DNA from: an uncultured Spirochaetota bacterium
GTDB lineage: Bacteria; Spirochaetota; Spirochaetia; SZUA-6; Fen-1364
NCBI GenBank assembly: GCA_963745235.1
Contig: CAVUXE010000012.1
Coordinates: forward strand, 1 to 39,549
Direction: 5' to 3'
Length of the DNA: 39,549 bases
Below, one piece after another: positions 30,398 through 39,549 of this stretch (positions are counted from its first letter, which is position 1; each line of letters opens with the position of its first letter). The notes under the pieces were generated by a model, which had not been told where the DNA came from, searched no databases, and was given only the letters and a program-made list of their open reading frames with translations. A program made the translations under genes and the position numbers.

Positions 30398-31310
30398 GTA
30401 AGCGCTCTGTGAACCGCCTTGCGGACTCAGATCTCTCGGACGAGCTCGTCGGGGCGAAGATTCTGCGGTAGCAGCCGCTCGTCGTCTTCGGTCGAGGTGG
30501 CGCCAATCACGTTGGCCAGGAGAAATCGCAAGTACCAGTAGGGCTCGTGCCCGTTGGCCTTCGCGGTCTCAACGATGCTGCACAAGGCGGCACTGGCGTA
30601 TGCGCCGGCGGGGGTGTCGGCAAGAGGAAGTTCTTTCGTCCCACGACAAGGGGCCGTATCGCGTTCTCGGCCAGATTGTTGTCAGGACGCAGGATCCCAT
30701 TTTCCGTATAGCGGGTCAGCCGATCCCACTGTCCCAGCGCGTACCCAACAGCCTTGCCCAGCAGGCCTTGCGGCGGGGTCTGGTCATTCAGCAATCCAAG
30801 CTGCTCCTTGATCTTCGTGAGGATCGGCTGAGCTTTCTGCTGCCTGAGCTCGGCTATCTGCGGGGCGCCAAGCGTGGGCGGCTCTCCCGTTGGAGCTGAC
30901 CTTCGTGACATCCACGAACTTCCGTCGCGCATGCGCCCAGCAGCCGAGCATCAGGATGCCTGGCTTCTTGCCGAGCTTGTCGTAGCCCTTGTAGCCGTCG
31001 GTCTGAACGTAGCTTTCATAGTCGTCGAGAAACTCGAAGGGCACGTCCCCGCTTGGCGAAGGAAAGTACTGAAAGACCAGCGACGGTTTCTCGGGCTCTC
31101 CCCCACGGTAGACCCACATATAGGATTTCGACTCTGGCTCGCGGCCGGGCTCTTTCAGAACCTGCAGCGTTGTCTCGTCGATCTGCACATGGGGGCCCGC
31201 ACGGATCTTCTGGCTCAACAACTCCAATAGCGGCTCAAGGCGCTGGGCCGTCTGAATTGCCCAGTTGCACATCGTCGCTCGCGACAGATCCACCCCAATA
31301 CGGGCAAGAA
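30398..31310 (-). mobile_element. tnpC: Decayed IS66 element (right end plus tnpC fragments)
   Basis: GTAAGCGCTCTGTGAACCGCC terminus at 30398; LSRATMCNW, QIDET, QTDGY, CWAHARRKF, DNNLAENAIRP with a deletion and frameshifts. Confidence 0.9.
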
Positions 31311-31675
31311 TCTTCCAAATCGTCCTTATGTACACCTGATTCACAAAGGCCGGATTCATGCTGGCCTACCAGGAGACCGGCAGCGCCAAAGGCAAGTCTG
31401 TCCATGATTTGATTCGGGTGTGGCTCGTTGATGAGGAGCACACGCTGTACAGCCAGGGGAAGCTGAAGGAAGAACAGCGCTGCGCCCAGCGGGAGTCGGA
31501 CAAGACCCGAACGAGACGGAGGTGCGCTCACCACGCGTGGTAGAGGATTACGAGGGGTAGCATAGAGGTATCTTTCCACCATACCGAGGATCACTAACTT
31601 CCATGGACGGGCGGGGAACGCGGATATAGGATTTGCGCCATACCCGCTTGCGGGAAGATTGCTGAGGAGGATTCC

Positions 31676-32944
31676 ATGAAGAGAACCCTGGCCGTACTCG
31701 TGGTGACCGTGCTGGCGGCGCTCATTGGGGTTGCCGCTTTCGCGCAGACCGCCAAGACGCCCGTGACCCTTTCCATCATCGCCAACCAGGATTGGGTCAC
31801 CAAGCCATATATGAAAGCCGCCTGGGCGAATTACGAGAACGTCACTGGCAACAAGCTGGACATCCAGGCGCTGCCCATCGACAACTGGGAAACGGTCATG
31901 AAGACCCGCGCGGCAGCAGGAGAGCTGCCCGACATCGTCATGACTTTCGCCGGACCGGTCCTGGACGCCATGCGGCCCGCGGAAAACTTCTTCGACCTCT
32001 CCAACGAACCATTCGTGAAGGACCTGAAACCATTCGTCCTTCCTCAGGTCACATATAAGGGCAAAATCTACGGTCTTCCTCTCTGGGAGGGCTCGGTCTC
32101 CGGCACCCTGTACAACAAGGACATTTTCAAGAAGCTTTCCATCTCCGTTCCGAAAACCCAGGCCGAGTTCTGGGCCGCGTGTGACACCATCAAGAAGGCC
32201 GGCATCACGCCGATCTACCTCGCCTTCAAGGATATCTGGCCGGCCTTGCCCCAGTTCGGCCTGGACCCGATGGCAAAAAAGTACAGCGGCTTCGTGGACA
32301 AGCTCAACTCCAACAAGCTCACGTTCGCCGGCGTACCCGAGTTCACGAACCTGGTCAGCTTCTACAGGAAACTCGTGGACAAGGGTTACCTCGGCGCCGA
32401 TTTTGTGAGCAACACCTGGGACGGACAGGCCAAGGCACTGGGAGAAGGCACCTACGCCATGGCCCTCGCGTGGGACCAGTACCTGTACTCCGACCTCGAG
32501 CCGCGCTACGCCGGCGCCGCGGCGCACTTCGGCATCATGCCCTTCTTCATGGGCGTGGCTCCCGAGGGCTCCTACGAAGGCCCGAACGCGTGTATGACGT
32601 TCGTCAACAAGAAGGGTAAGAACGCGCAGGAAGGACTGGCATTTCTGCGCTTCCTGGCCAAGCCCGAGAACCTCAACCTCGCCTACAAGGATGTCTTCAC
32701 AGAGAGCTACTTCAAGAGCGTGACCACCAACCGGGTTTCCCCCCAGGTGGCAGAGGCGCGGACCTCGGTGGACAAGCTCATCCTGGCTTCGGTGCAGGCG
32801 GGCATCGTGGGTTACAGCCAGGTGGAAAGCGTGAAACCCATCCAGATGATGATGCTGGACCAGCTGAGCGTGGCGGACACGGTAAAGCAAATAGACGACA
32901 TCAGGATCAAGGTGGCCAAGGCGCGCGGGCTCGCCGGATTCTAA
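31676..32944 (+). CDS. Oligosaccharide ABC substrate-binding protein
   Basis: Signal peptide (AFA); GELPDI, YNKDIFKKL, AGITP; GAGGAGG RBS. Confidence 0.92.
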   Translation: MKRTLAVLVVTVLAALIGVAAFAQTAKTPVTLSIIANQDWVTKPYMKAAWANYENVTGNKLDIQALPIDNWETVMKTRAAAGELPDIVMTFAGPVLDAMRPAENFFDLSNEPFVKDLKPFVLPQVTYKGKIYGLPLWEGSVSGTLYNKDIFKKLSISVPKTQAEFWAACDTIKKAGITPIYLAFKDIWPALPQFGLDPMAKKYSGFVDKLNSNKLTFAGVPEFTNLVSFYRKLVDKGYLGADFVSNTWDGQAKALGEGTYAMALAWDQYLYSDLEPRYAGAAAHFGIMPFFMGVAPEGSYEGPNACMTFVNKKGKNAQEGLAFLRFLAKPENLNLAYKDVFTESYFKSVTTNRVSPQVAEARTSVDKLILASVQAGIVGYSQVESVKPIQMMMLDQLSVADTVKQIDDIRIKVAKARGLAGF

Positions 32945-32969
32945 GACCGCCTCGAGTTCGTCAAACACG

Positions 32970-33006
32970 AAGGCCGGGGACTGCAAATGGCAGCCCCGGC
33001 CTTTTT
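32970..33006 (+). terminator. Rho-independent terminator / attenuator after the SBP gene
   Basis: AAGGCCGGGG-A-CTGC...GCAG-CCCCGGCCTT followed by a T run. Confidence 0.75.
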
Positions 33007-33129
33007 CGTCTTTGCTTTAGGCATGGAGCGATGACGGCTGCTATTGGCGGCGAACAATGTATCTTTTTTCCATCTCCGCGGTCGGAAAGGTCCATTCCCA
33101 GCGGATGGAGCCCGCCCTACTGTGACAGC

Positions 33130-34032
33130 GTGAGACCGGGCAACCTGGCAAACGTCAAAGCCGCCTACCCGCTCTGGATGACCATCCTGCCGTTCAGCGT
33201 CTACGTAGTGTTCCTGGTCTTACCGTCCACTGCCGGCTTCACGCTGGCGTTCACGAACTGGAGCCCGTACGCCGAAACACTGCGTTTCACCGGCCTGCAG
33301 AGCTTCGTTTCGATGTTCACCGAAAAGGTCTATGCCGTGGCCCTGGCCAACACCCTCATCTTTGCGGTGGTCACGACCCTCGGCAAGGCAGGGCTGGGGC
33401 TCATCCTCGCCCTCGCGCTCAACACCGCCATCCGCTCTCGCAACCTGCTGCGCACCGTCTACTTCTATCCCGCGGTCCTCTCTCCGCTGGTGGTCGGCCT
33501 CCTCTTCTCAGCGATCTTCGACGCAAAGGCTGGCCTCGCCAACCAGCTCGTGGCGGCGCTAGGGGGTTCTCCCGTCTCCTGGCTGGGTGGAAGGGGAACC
33601 GCCCTGTTCGTTTTCAACTTCGGTGAGATCTGGCGGTCCACCGGCTATGCCATGGCCATCTTCCTCGCGGCCCTGCAGGGCATTCCCGTGGAGCTGCGCG
33701 AGGCCAGCATGATGGATGGCGCCTCGGCCTGGAGGCGCTTTCACAGCATCACGCTGCCCTACCTGATGCCGGCCATCAACCTGGTGCTTCTCACCAGCAT
33801 GCTGTTCGGGCTGAAGATCTTCGACCTGGTCTACATCCTCACCGGGGGCGGACCCGGCTACCAGACCGAGACCATTTCCACGCTCATCCTCAACCAGTTC
33901 GGCCAGGACATGTACGCGCAGTCCACCGCCACCAACCTCGTCTTCACGCTCATCCTGGTATCCTTCGCCCTCGCATTCCAGGCTTACCAGCGAGCCACGG
34001 AAGTTTGCGGCATGAAGGAGATCGCGGCATGA
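33130..34032 (+). CDS. Carbohydrate ABC permease (MalF-like); start uncertain
   Basis: AFTNW, ALQGIPVELREASMMDGA, FDLVYILTGGGPG. Confidence 0.9.
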   Translation: MRPGNLANVKAAYPLWMTILPFSVYVVFLVLPSTAGFTLAFTNWSPYAETLRFTGLQSFVSMFTEKVYAVALANTLIFAVVTTLGKAGLGLILALALNTAIRSRNLLRTVYFYPAVLSPLVVGLLFSAIFDAKAGLANQLVAALGGSPVSWLGGRGTALFVFNFGEIWRSTGYAMAIFLAALQGIPVELREASMMDGASAWRRFHSITLPYLMPAINLVLLTSMLFGLKIFDLVYILTGGGPGYQTETISTLILNQFGQDMYAQSTATNLVFTLILVSFALAFQAYQRATEVCGMKEIAA

Positions 34033-34865
34033 TCGCACAGAACCGGGCGGAGGGCAGGATCAAGAGGTCGGTCGGCGCTGTCCTCCTGTGGCTGTGTGCG
34101 CTCGTCATCCTCATCCCGCTAGTGGTTGTCCTGGTCACGTCCCTGAAGAGTCCAAAAGAGGCGGGCTCGCTCAACCTTCTCCCGCCGGCCGCGCCGCTGT
34201 TCAGCAACTATGTCACGGTGTTCACGGAAGGAAGAATCGTCCGCGGCATCTGCAACAGCCTCATCGTGACCGCCACGGCCACGGTCCTCATCCTCCTTTC
34301 TGCCTCGGTGCTTGCCTTCATCCTGACCCGCCGCAGGACGCGAATGACCGTTTTCATGGAGAAGAGCATCACTCTCGGATTGGTGGCGCCGTTCACCGCA
34401 CTTCCCACCGTCATGCTTCTCAAGACCCTGGGGATCCTGGGCACGCGCGGCGCCCTGGCGCTGGTCTACACGGCGATGTTCCTGCCCTTCACCACGATGA
34501 TGCTCTCCGCATTCGTGAAGACCCTGCCGCGCGAGCTGGACGAAGCCGCCATCATAGATGGCTGCTCGGGCCTTGCGCTGTTCCAGAGGATCATCCTGCC
34601 CCTCCTCACCACGCCGCTCATGACCGCTTTTGTGCTGAACACGATGTGGGTCTGGAACGACTTCATGATCCCGCTGTACCTTCTGAACTCCGCGGCGCGC
34701 TGGACCCTTCCGCTTTCCGTCTTCAGCTTCTTCGGCAAGTACAACCATTCCTGGCAGTACATCTGCGCCAACATGGTCATCGTCTCCGTGCCCGTAACCA
34801 TCCTTTATCTCGCAGGCCAGCGCTCGATCATCTCGGGCATGACCACGGGCGCGGTGAAGGGGTGA
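34029..34865 (+). CDS. Carbohydrate ABC permease (MalG-like)
   Basis: LPRELDEAAIIDGC, WNDF, GMTTGAVKG; AAGGAG RBS. Confidence 0.92.
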   Translation: MIAQNRAEGRIKRSVGAVLLWLCALVILIPLVVVLVTSLKSPKEAGSLNLLPPAAPLFSNYVTVFTEGRIVRGICNSLIVTATATVLILLSASVLAFILTRRRTRMTVFMEKSITLGLVAPFTALPTVMLLKTLGILGTRGALALVYTAMFLPFTTMMLSAFVKTLPRELDEAAIIDGCSGLALFQRIILPLLTTPLMTAFVLNTMWVWNDFMIPLYLLNSAARWTLPLSVFSFFGKYNHSWQYICANMVIVSVPVTILYLAGQRSIISGMTTGAVKG

Positions 34866-34883
34866 AGGTGGTACAATAAGGCC

Positions 34884-36647
34884 ATGCTCGCCAGGCGGTT
34901 TACCAACCGGCTGCTGCTCACCAACCTCGCAATCCTCCTGGCACTCCTGGGTTGCGGCGGCCTGGCCCTGTCCTTCGTCCTGGGCGGCTTCCTGGGCGCC
35001 GATTTCCGGACCCAGCAGGAATACCGCGTGGGCAAGATGGCGGAAGAGCTGGATGGCGTCCTGGCGGAAATGAATCGCCTGTCGGTTTCCATCCTCGCTT
35101 CCCGGCGGATCAAAGACATCCTGCTCGACATCCCTCGCGGCGGCCAGGGCAACTACTTCCTCACCCACCCCGCCACCCGCTACGAAGTCCTGGACCTGCT
35201 CCTGTCCTACACCGGCCTCAAGCCGCTGCGGGGCCGCATCTCCCTCGTCTCGGACAACGGAGATCTCATCGACCTCTCCAACCAGCAGGACGCGTTGGCC
35301 TTCACCAAGCCCGAGATCGCGCACATATGGGAAATGCGGGAGGCGGCCTTGCAGGGAGAGCCTAAGGCGCTCCTGCCGCCGGCGCCCGAACCCTGGTCCA
35401 GGCGGCATGCCCAGGTCATCACCTTTGTCCGGCGCCTCCGGGACACAGAGCAGCACTATGGCTGGCTGGAGGTCAATGAGCAGGTGGAGTCCCTGCGTTG
35501 GATTTGGGAGTCACGCGGCAGCGCGCCGCCGGCGCGGATCGGCCTTTACGACCGCGCCGGCACGCTGCTCTATGCCAACTTCGCGGGGGCGCCCGCCAGC
35601 ACCGCGGGTCTTGAGAACGGGCGGCGTCTGCATTCGGGAGCCGCAGCGTTCCTGGCGGACCTGGACAACGCCGACTGGAAGCTGGCCTATTTCTCCGACC
35701 CACGGAGCCACGAGATGCTCAGGGACCAGACCATGGGAGTCCTCACCGCGAGCCTGCTGGCCGCCTTTGTTCTCATGGCGCTCTTCTCCTGGCTGGCCCT
35801 CACGCGCGTCACGAGACCGGTGCGCATGCTCACGGACGAGGTGCGGCGCATCACGAGCCTCAACCAGGACTTCAGCCCGCCCGACCCGCACGCGCCGGAG
35901 GAAGTGGCCATCCTGGCCGGTGCCTTCCGGGACCTCCTTGTCTCCCTGCGCAGGGAGCATGCGGCCCGGCTTCGGTTTCAAGGCCAGGAGATGAGCGCAC
36001 GGATGGCGGCGCTGCAGGCCCAGCTCAATCCCCACTTCGTTTTCAACACACTCACCTCCATCTCGGCCTACGGCAAGAAGCGGGATGGAGCAACCGTGCA
36101 GCGCATGTGCAAGGACCTCACGGCCATGCTCCGCTACTCCCTTCACAACTCCAACGACCCGGCCACGGTCGGCCAGGAGCTGGACCAGGCGGAGGGCTAC
36201 CTCGCTCTCATGGGAAAGCGCTACGCCCCCTACCTCGAGTATCGAATCGATAGATGTACGGAGGCGTCCGACATTCACGTCCCACGCCTGCTCCTGCAAC
36301 CCATCATCGAAAACTGCTTCGTCCACGGCTTTGCCGACACCCCCGGGCCGTGGCACGTCGAGGTTGGATCGCGCCTGCAGGCAGCGAACTGGGAAGTGTG
36401 GGTGAAGGATTCCGGCACCGGAATGGACGCCGAGCACATCCGGCGCCTTCTTGCCGAATTCGAGGCGGCCCTGGCCCAGGAGTCCTCGAGCGTCTTCGAG
36501 CGGGATTTCTCCCGCGGCAAGCTCGGCCTGCTTAGCACTTTCGCGCGCCTTCGTGGGCTTTACGGAGAGCAGGCGGTCTTCTCCCTGGAAAACGCGGATG
36601 GCAGGGGGCTCTTGGTGCGCATAGGGGGGCCGCATGGCCGCACTTGA
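34884..36647 (+). CDS. Sensor histidine kinase, YesM/LytS type
   Basis: Two TM segments, HAMP, LQAQLNPHFVFNTL, LQPIIENCFVHG, DSGTG. Confidence 0.93.
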   Translation: MLARRFTNRLLLTNLAILLALLGCGGLALSFVLGGFLGADFRTQQEYRVGKMAEELDGVLAEMNRLSVSILASRRIKDILLDIPRGGQGNYFLTHPATRYEVLDLLLSYTGLKPLRGRISLVSDNGDLIDLSNQQDALAFTKPEIAHIWEMREAALQGEPKALLPPAPEPWSRRHAQVITFVRRLRDTEQHYGWLEVNEQVESLRWIWESRGSAPPARIGLYDRAGTLLYANFAGAPASTAGLENGRRLHSGAAAFLADLDNADWKLAYFSDPRSHEMLRDQTMGVLTASLLAAFVLMALFSWLALTRVTRPVRMLTDEVRRITSLNQDFSPPDPHAPEEVAILAGAFRDLLVSLRREHAARLRFQGQEMSARMAALQAQLNPHFVFNTLTSISAYGKKRDGATVQRMCKDLTAMLRYSLHNSNDPATVGQELDQAEGYLALMGKRYAPYLEYRIDRCTEASDIHVPRLLLQPIIENCFVHGFADTPGPWHVEVGSRLQAANWEVWVKDSGTGMDAEHIRRLLAEFEAALAQESSSVFERDFSRGKLGLLSTFARLRGLYGEQAVFSLENADGRGLLVRIGGPHGRT

Positions 36648-37375
36648 GGTCTTCATCGCCGAAGACGAGCCTCCCATCGCGGAGATGATTGCCTCCATGG
36701 TGGACGAGTCCCCTGCCGGCTTTCGCACCGCGTTCGTCGCGCATGACGGGAGAAGCATGCTGGATCACCTGGCCGCCAACCGGCCGGATCTGCTCCTTGC
36801 CGATATCCGCATGCCCGGTCATGGGCGGCCTGGATCTCATCCAGGCGGCGCGCAAACTGCATCCCGACCTTCCCTGCGTGGTGATCACCAGCCATCCCGA
36901 CTTCGAATACGCCCGGGCCGCCCTCCGGGCGGGGGCCATGGACTACGTCCTGAAGACCTGCTTACCTGAGAGCCTGGACGAGGTCCTCCTTCGCGTGCGC
37001 CGGTCCCTTGGGCTCGAAGGGCTGGCGGACGGGCCGGACGCGCGAATGGACACCGGGGCGCGGCTGAAAGAGCACTTGGACGGCATCGTCAGGAGCCCCT
37101 TCGATCTGCGGGAGGTCGCCAGGTCGTGGGGCTACAATCCCCTGTACCTGTCCCGGGCCTTCAAGGCCCTCGTCGGTGTCTCCCCCAAGCGCTACCACAC
37201 GAAGGCAAAGATCGATCTTGTCATCGCCATGCTCAAGAAAGATCGCCGGCTCCTCCTCAAGGAGGCCGCTTCCATCATTCATTTCGATGACGAGCTGTAC
37301 CTGGCCAAGGTGTTTCGAAAAGAGACGGGTATGAGCTTTTCAGAGTTCCGGCGAAAACTGGAAAAGGAAGGATGA
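36634..37375 (+). CDS. Response regulator with AraC output (YesN-like); one-base insertion near 36815
   Basis: IAEDE...PDLLLADIRMP shifts frame to VMGGLDL...DFEYARAALRAGAMDYVLK...YLSRAFK...FRKETGMS; ATGCCCGGTC has one extra C. Confidence 0.88.
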
Positions 37376-38715
37376 CCGCTGAGATGGAAGAAGGCCACCT
37401 GGGACGAACCGAATGGTTCATGAGGGCACGGTTTGGAATGTTCATCCATTGGGGGCTGTACGCGATCCCCGCCTGCGGTGAATGGATCCAAAGCCAGGGG
37501 CGGATCACAGAAGAAGTCTACCGCGAGTATTTCGACTCGTTCGATCCGGTGGACTTCGACCCAGGAGAATGGGCCCGTCTTGCCAAGAAAGCTGGCATGA
37601 GATACGCGGTCCTCACCGCGAAGCACCACGATGGGTTCTGCCTTTTCGACAGTGCACTGACCGACTACAAGTCCACCGCCACCCGGGCCGGCCGCGACCT
37701 AGTGGCCGAATACGCACAAGCCTTCCGGGCCGAGGGCCTTGAAGTTGGGCTGTACTACAGCCTGATCGACTGGCACCACCCTGACTATCCCCACTTCGGT
37801 GATCGCCATCATCCCCAGCGGGATGACGCGACCTGGCAGGGTCATGGTCACGACTTCAACCGCTACCTCGACTATCTCCACGGCCAGGTCAGGGAGCTTT
37901 GCAGCAACTACGGCAAGCTTTCCGTTCTCTGGTTCGACTTCTCCTATGACAGACTCTCCGGCGAAGCGTGGCGCGCTACCGAGCTTGTGCGAATGGTCCG
38001 CTCCCTCCAGCCTTCGGTGATCATCGACAACCGCCTGGAAGCATCCGGAGAGAGTTTCGGTTCCATCGCTGGAGGCGAGCCGAAGGAGTACGCCGGCGAC
38101 TTCGCCTCTCCCGAGCAGATCATTCCGCCCGAGGGCGTGCGGGATGAGCGCGACCGCGCGATCCCCTGGGAGGCATGCGTCACGATGAACAACCACTGGG
38201 GCTACGCGGTCGCAGACCACGCCTGGAAACCGCCCCGCCAGCTCCTGAGAAAGCTCGTGGAATGCGTCTCCAAGGGTGGAAACCTGATCCTCAACGTGGG
38301 GCCGGATGCCCGCGGCAGGATCCCGCTGGAGTCCGTTCGTGCCCTGGAGCGCATCGGCTCCTGGCTTGCCTCCAACGGAGCGAGCATCTACGGGTGCGGG
38401 GCAAGCGGCATTTCCCGGCCCGAGTGGGGTTGTTTCACCAGGAATGGCCGCAAGCTCTACGCGCACGTCTTCGAGCCGCCCATTGGATCCCTGGCACTCC
38501 CCGGCCTGGGCGGCGGGAAGATCGCGCGCCTGCGGCTGCTGGCAGACGGATCCGAGCTTCGGCAAAATGATGCCTGGAACACCAAGGTCTTTTCTGATCA
38601 CGCCTTCGTGAACTTCGGCGAACCGCCTGATTTCACCTTTCCGCTTCCGGATGAGGATGACACGGTAATCGAGATCGAGCTCCGGGAGCCGACGAGTAGC
38701 GCTGCCGCGCCCTAA
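37372..38715 (+). CDS. Alpha-L-fucosidase, GH29
   Basis: RFGMFIHWGLY, TAKHHDGF, YYSLIDW, LWFD, SKGGNLILNVGP. Confidence 0.95.
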   Translation: MTAEMEEGHLGRTEWFMRARFGMFIHWGLYAIPACGEWIQSQGRITEEVYREYFDSFDPVDFDPGEWARLAKKAGMRYAVLTAKHHDGFCLFDSALTDYKSTATRAGRDLVAEYAQAFRAEGLEVGLYYSLIDWHHPDYPHFGDRHHPQRDDATWQGHGHDFNRYLDYLHGQVRELCSNYGKLSVLWFDFSYDRLSGEAWRATELVRMVRSLQPSVIIDNRLEASGESFGSIAGGEPKEYAGDFASPEQIIPPEGVRDERDRAIPWEACVTMNNHWGYAVADHAWKPPRQLLRKLVECVSKGGNLILNVGPDARGRIPLESVRALERIGSWLASNGASIYGCGASGISRPEWGCFTRNGRKLYAHVFEPPIGSLALPGLGGGKIARLRLLADGSELRQNDAWNTKVFSDHAFVNFGEPPDFTFPLPDEDDTVIEIELREPTSSAAAP

Positions 38716-38851
38716 CGCAGCCTGCGCCGTATCGCCTCATCTTTCATTTATGAGATACTATGCTGGGGCAGCAGGTATTGGCACTCAGGAAGCCACCATT
38801 CTTCGATGTATGGGATGGACTTCTTGACCGAGGCAACTTGGGCGAGATGGT

Positions 38852-39022
38852 CTATTGTTTTGGCTCAGGCACTCCGCCTGACAGCTATTCGGCGACGGTC
38901 AAAAGCGCGGCATCCCGTTGCATCTCACTCGTCGACCGTCGGCCAAGGGAGCGTTTGGTTGCTGGGTTGTATAGCTTGCAATACCAGATCTTGCCGCGTC
39001 GGTACAATGAAAAACGGCGCAT
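38852..39022 (-). pseudogene. 5' remnant of a tyrosine integrase
   Basis: MRRFSLYRRGKIWYCKLYNPATKRSLGRRSTSEMQRDAALLTVAE*LSGGVPEP resembles integrase N-terminal arm-binding regions (recall); GGAGGGGAG RBS; about 110 bp past the tRNA 3' end. Confidence 0.65.
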
Positions 39023-39129
39023 CTCCCCTCCCCCGGCAACGGGGGCTTTCACCGTTGCTTACAGTGGACTAAGGATCGCGCCGGTTTTCCGGTAGCGGTC
39101 TGCAGACCCTTTCATCGAAAGGGTTAATA

Positions 39130-39202
39130 TAGCAGGGGCAGGATTTGAACCTGCGACCTCCGGGTTATGAGCCCGACGAGCTTCCAACTGCTCTACCCTG
39201 CG
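39130..39202 (-). tRNA. tRNA-Met (CAT), initiator type; CCA not encoded
   Basis: CGCAGGGTAGAGCAGTTGGAAGCTCGTCGGGCTCATAACCCGGAGGTCGCAGGTTCAAATCCTGCCCCTGCTA; unpaired C1 and three G-C pairs in the anticodon stem. Confidence 0.97.
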
Positions 39203-39213
39203 TCGTTTCAACG

Positions 39214-39242
39214 AATATAGGCTAATGCGCCGGTTCAGTCAA
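39214..39242 (-). promoter_or_regulatory. tRNA promoter
   Basis: TTGACT-17 bp-TATATT. Confidence 0.75.
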
Positions 39243-39348
39243 GGGAGTCGGCGCGAAAACGCCGCTGAAACGCCAATTTTCCCCCAATCACTTGACATGG
39301 CCTCGCGTTCCGTGAATAACGTACAAACATACTCAGAAGGAGGTCTTT

Positions 39349-39549
39349 ATGCTCAAGAAAATTCTGTCGGGAGGAGTCCTTGCGCTTGCCCTGTTCGGGG
39401 TCGTCTCCTGCGGGGCAAAGCAGCCGTCGAAGATCGTCATCGCCTCCGACGCCACCTTCCCCCCCATGGAAATGGTGGACGAGAACAAGAACATCGTCGG
39501 GCTCGACGTCGACCTGATGAACGCAGCCGCAAAGGCCGGCGGGTTCGTC
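39349..39549 (+). CDS. Amino-acid ABC substrate-binding lipoprotein (family 3), cut by window end
   Basis: AGGAGG RBS; MLKKILSGGVLALALFGVVSC; IASDATFPPMEMVD...GLDVDLM. Confidence 0.9.
   Translation, partial: MLKKILSGGVLALALFGVVSCGAKQPSKIVIASDATFPPMEMVDENKNIVGLDVDLMNAAAKAGGFV

Noticed and set aside
31310-31543. Short coding-like fragment (LAYQETGSAKGKSVHDLIRVWLVDEE)
   Set aside because: Possibly a gene remnant cut by IS66, but it cannot be assigned
31235-32986. 583-aa minus-strand ORF and other long antisense ORFs (6818-8152, 34119-35456, 35511-36758)
   Set aside because: Shadows of real genes on the opposite strand in GC-rich DNA

Overview
GC-rich bacterial accessory region; lipoprotein signal peptides, the integrase remnant and the gene content suggest a Spirochaetia-like anaerobe (inference). 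It runs from an IS66 element at the left edge to an initiator tRNA-Met with a decayed integrase start beside its 3' end, so most of the window looks like an old tRNA-anchored island. Contents: (1) IS66 tnpA-tnpB-tnpC inserted into a DUF2846-like gene; (2) a locus with four URO-D/MtaA-fold paralogs, an aldose-epimerase-like gene, a monosaccharide ABC transporter and a GntR-solute-binding fusion regulator with a palindromic operator candidate; (3) the most striking part, about 14.5-21.8 kb: three fluoride (crcB-type) riboswitches placed before a 149-aa hypothetical / deleted MFS / tandem MutS-ATPase pair, a divergent enolase and a 288-aa hypothetical, with no Fluc or CLC-F exporter in the window; (4) IS21, IS630, IS66, excisionase and ankyrin debris; (5) two oligosaccharide ABC clusters, one with a YesM/YesN-type two-component system and a GH29 alpha-L-fucosidase. 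Several genes carry single-base frameshifts that may be sequencing errors. All family calls come from motif recognition by eye; no searches were run.
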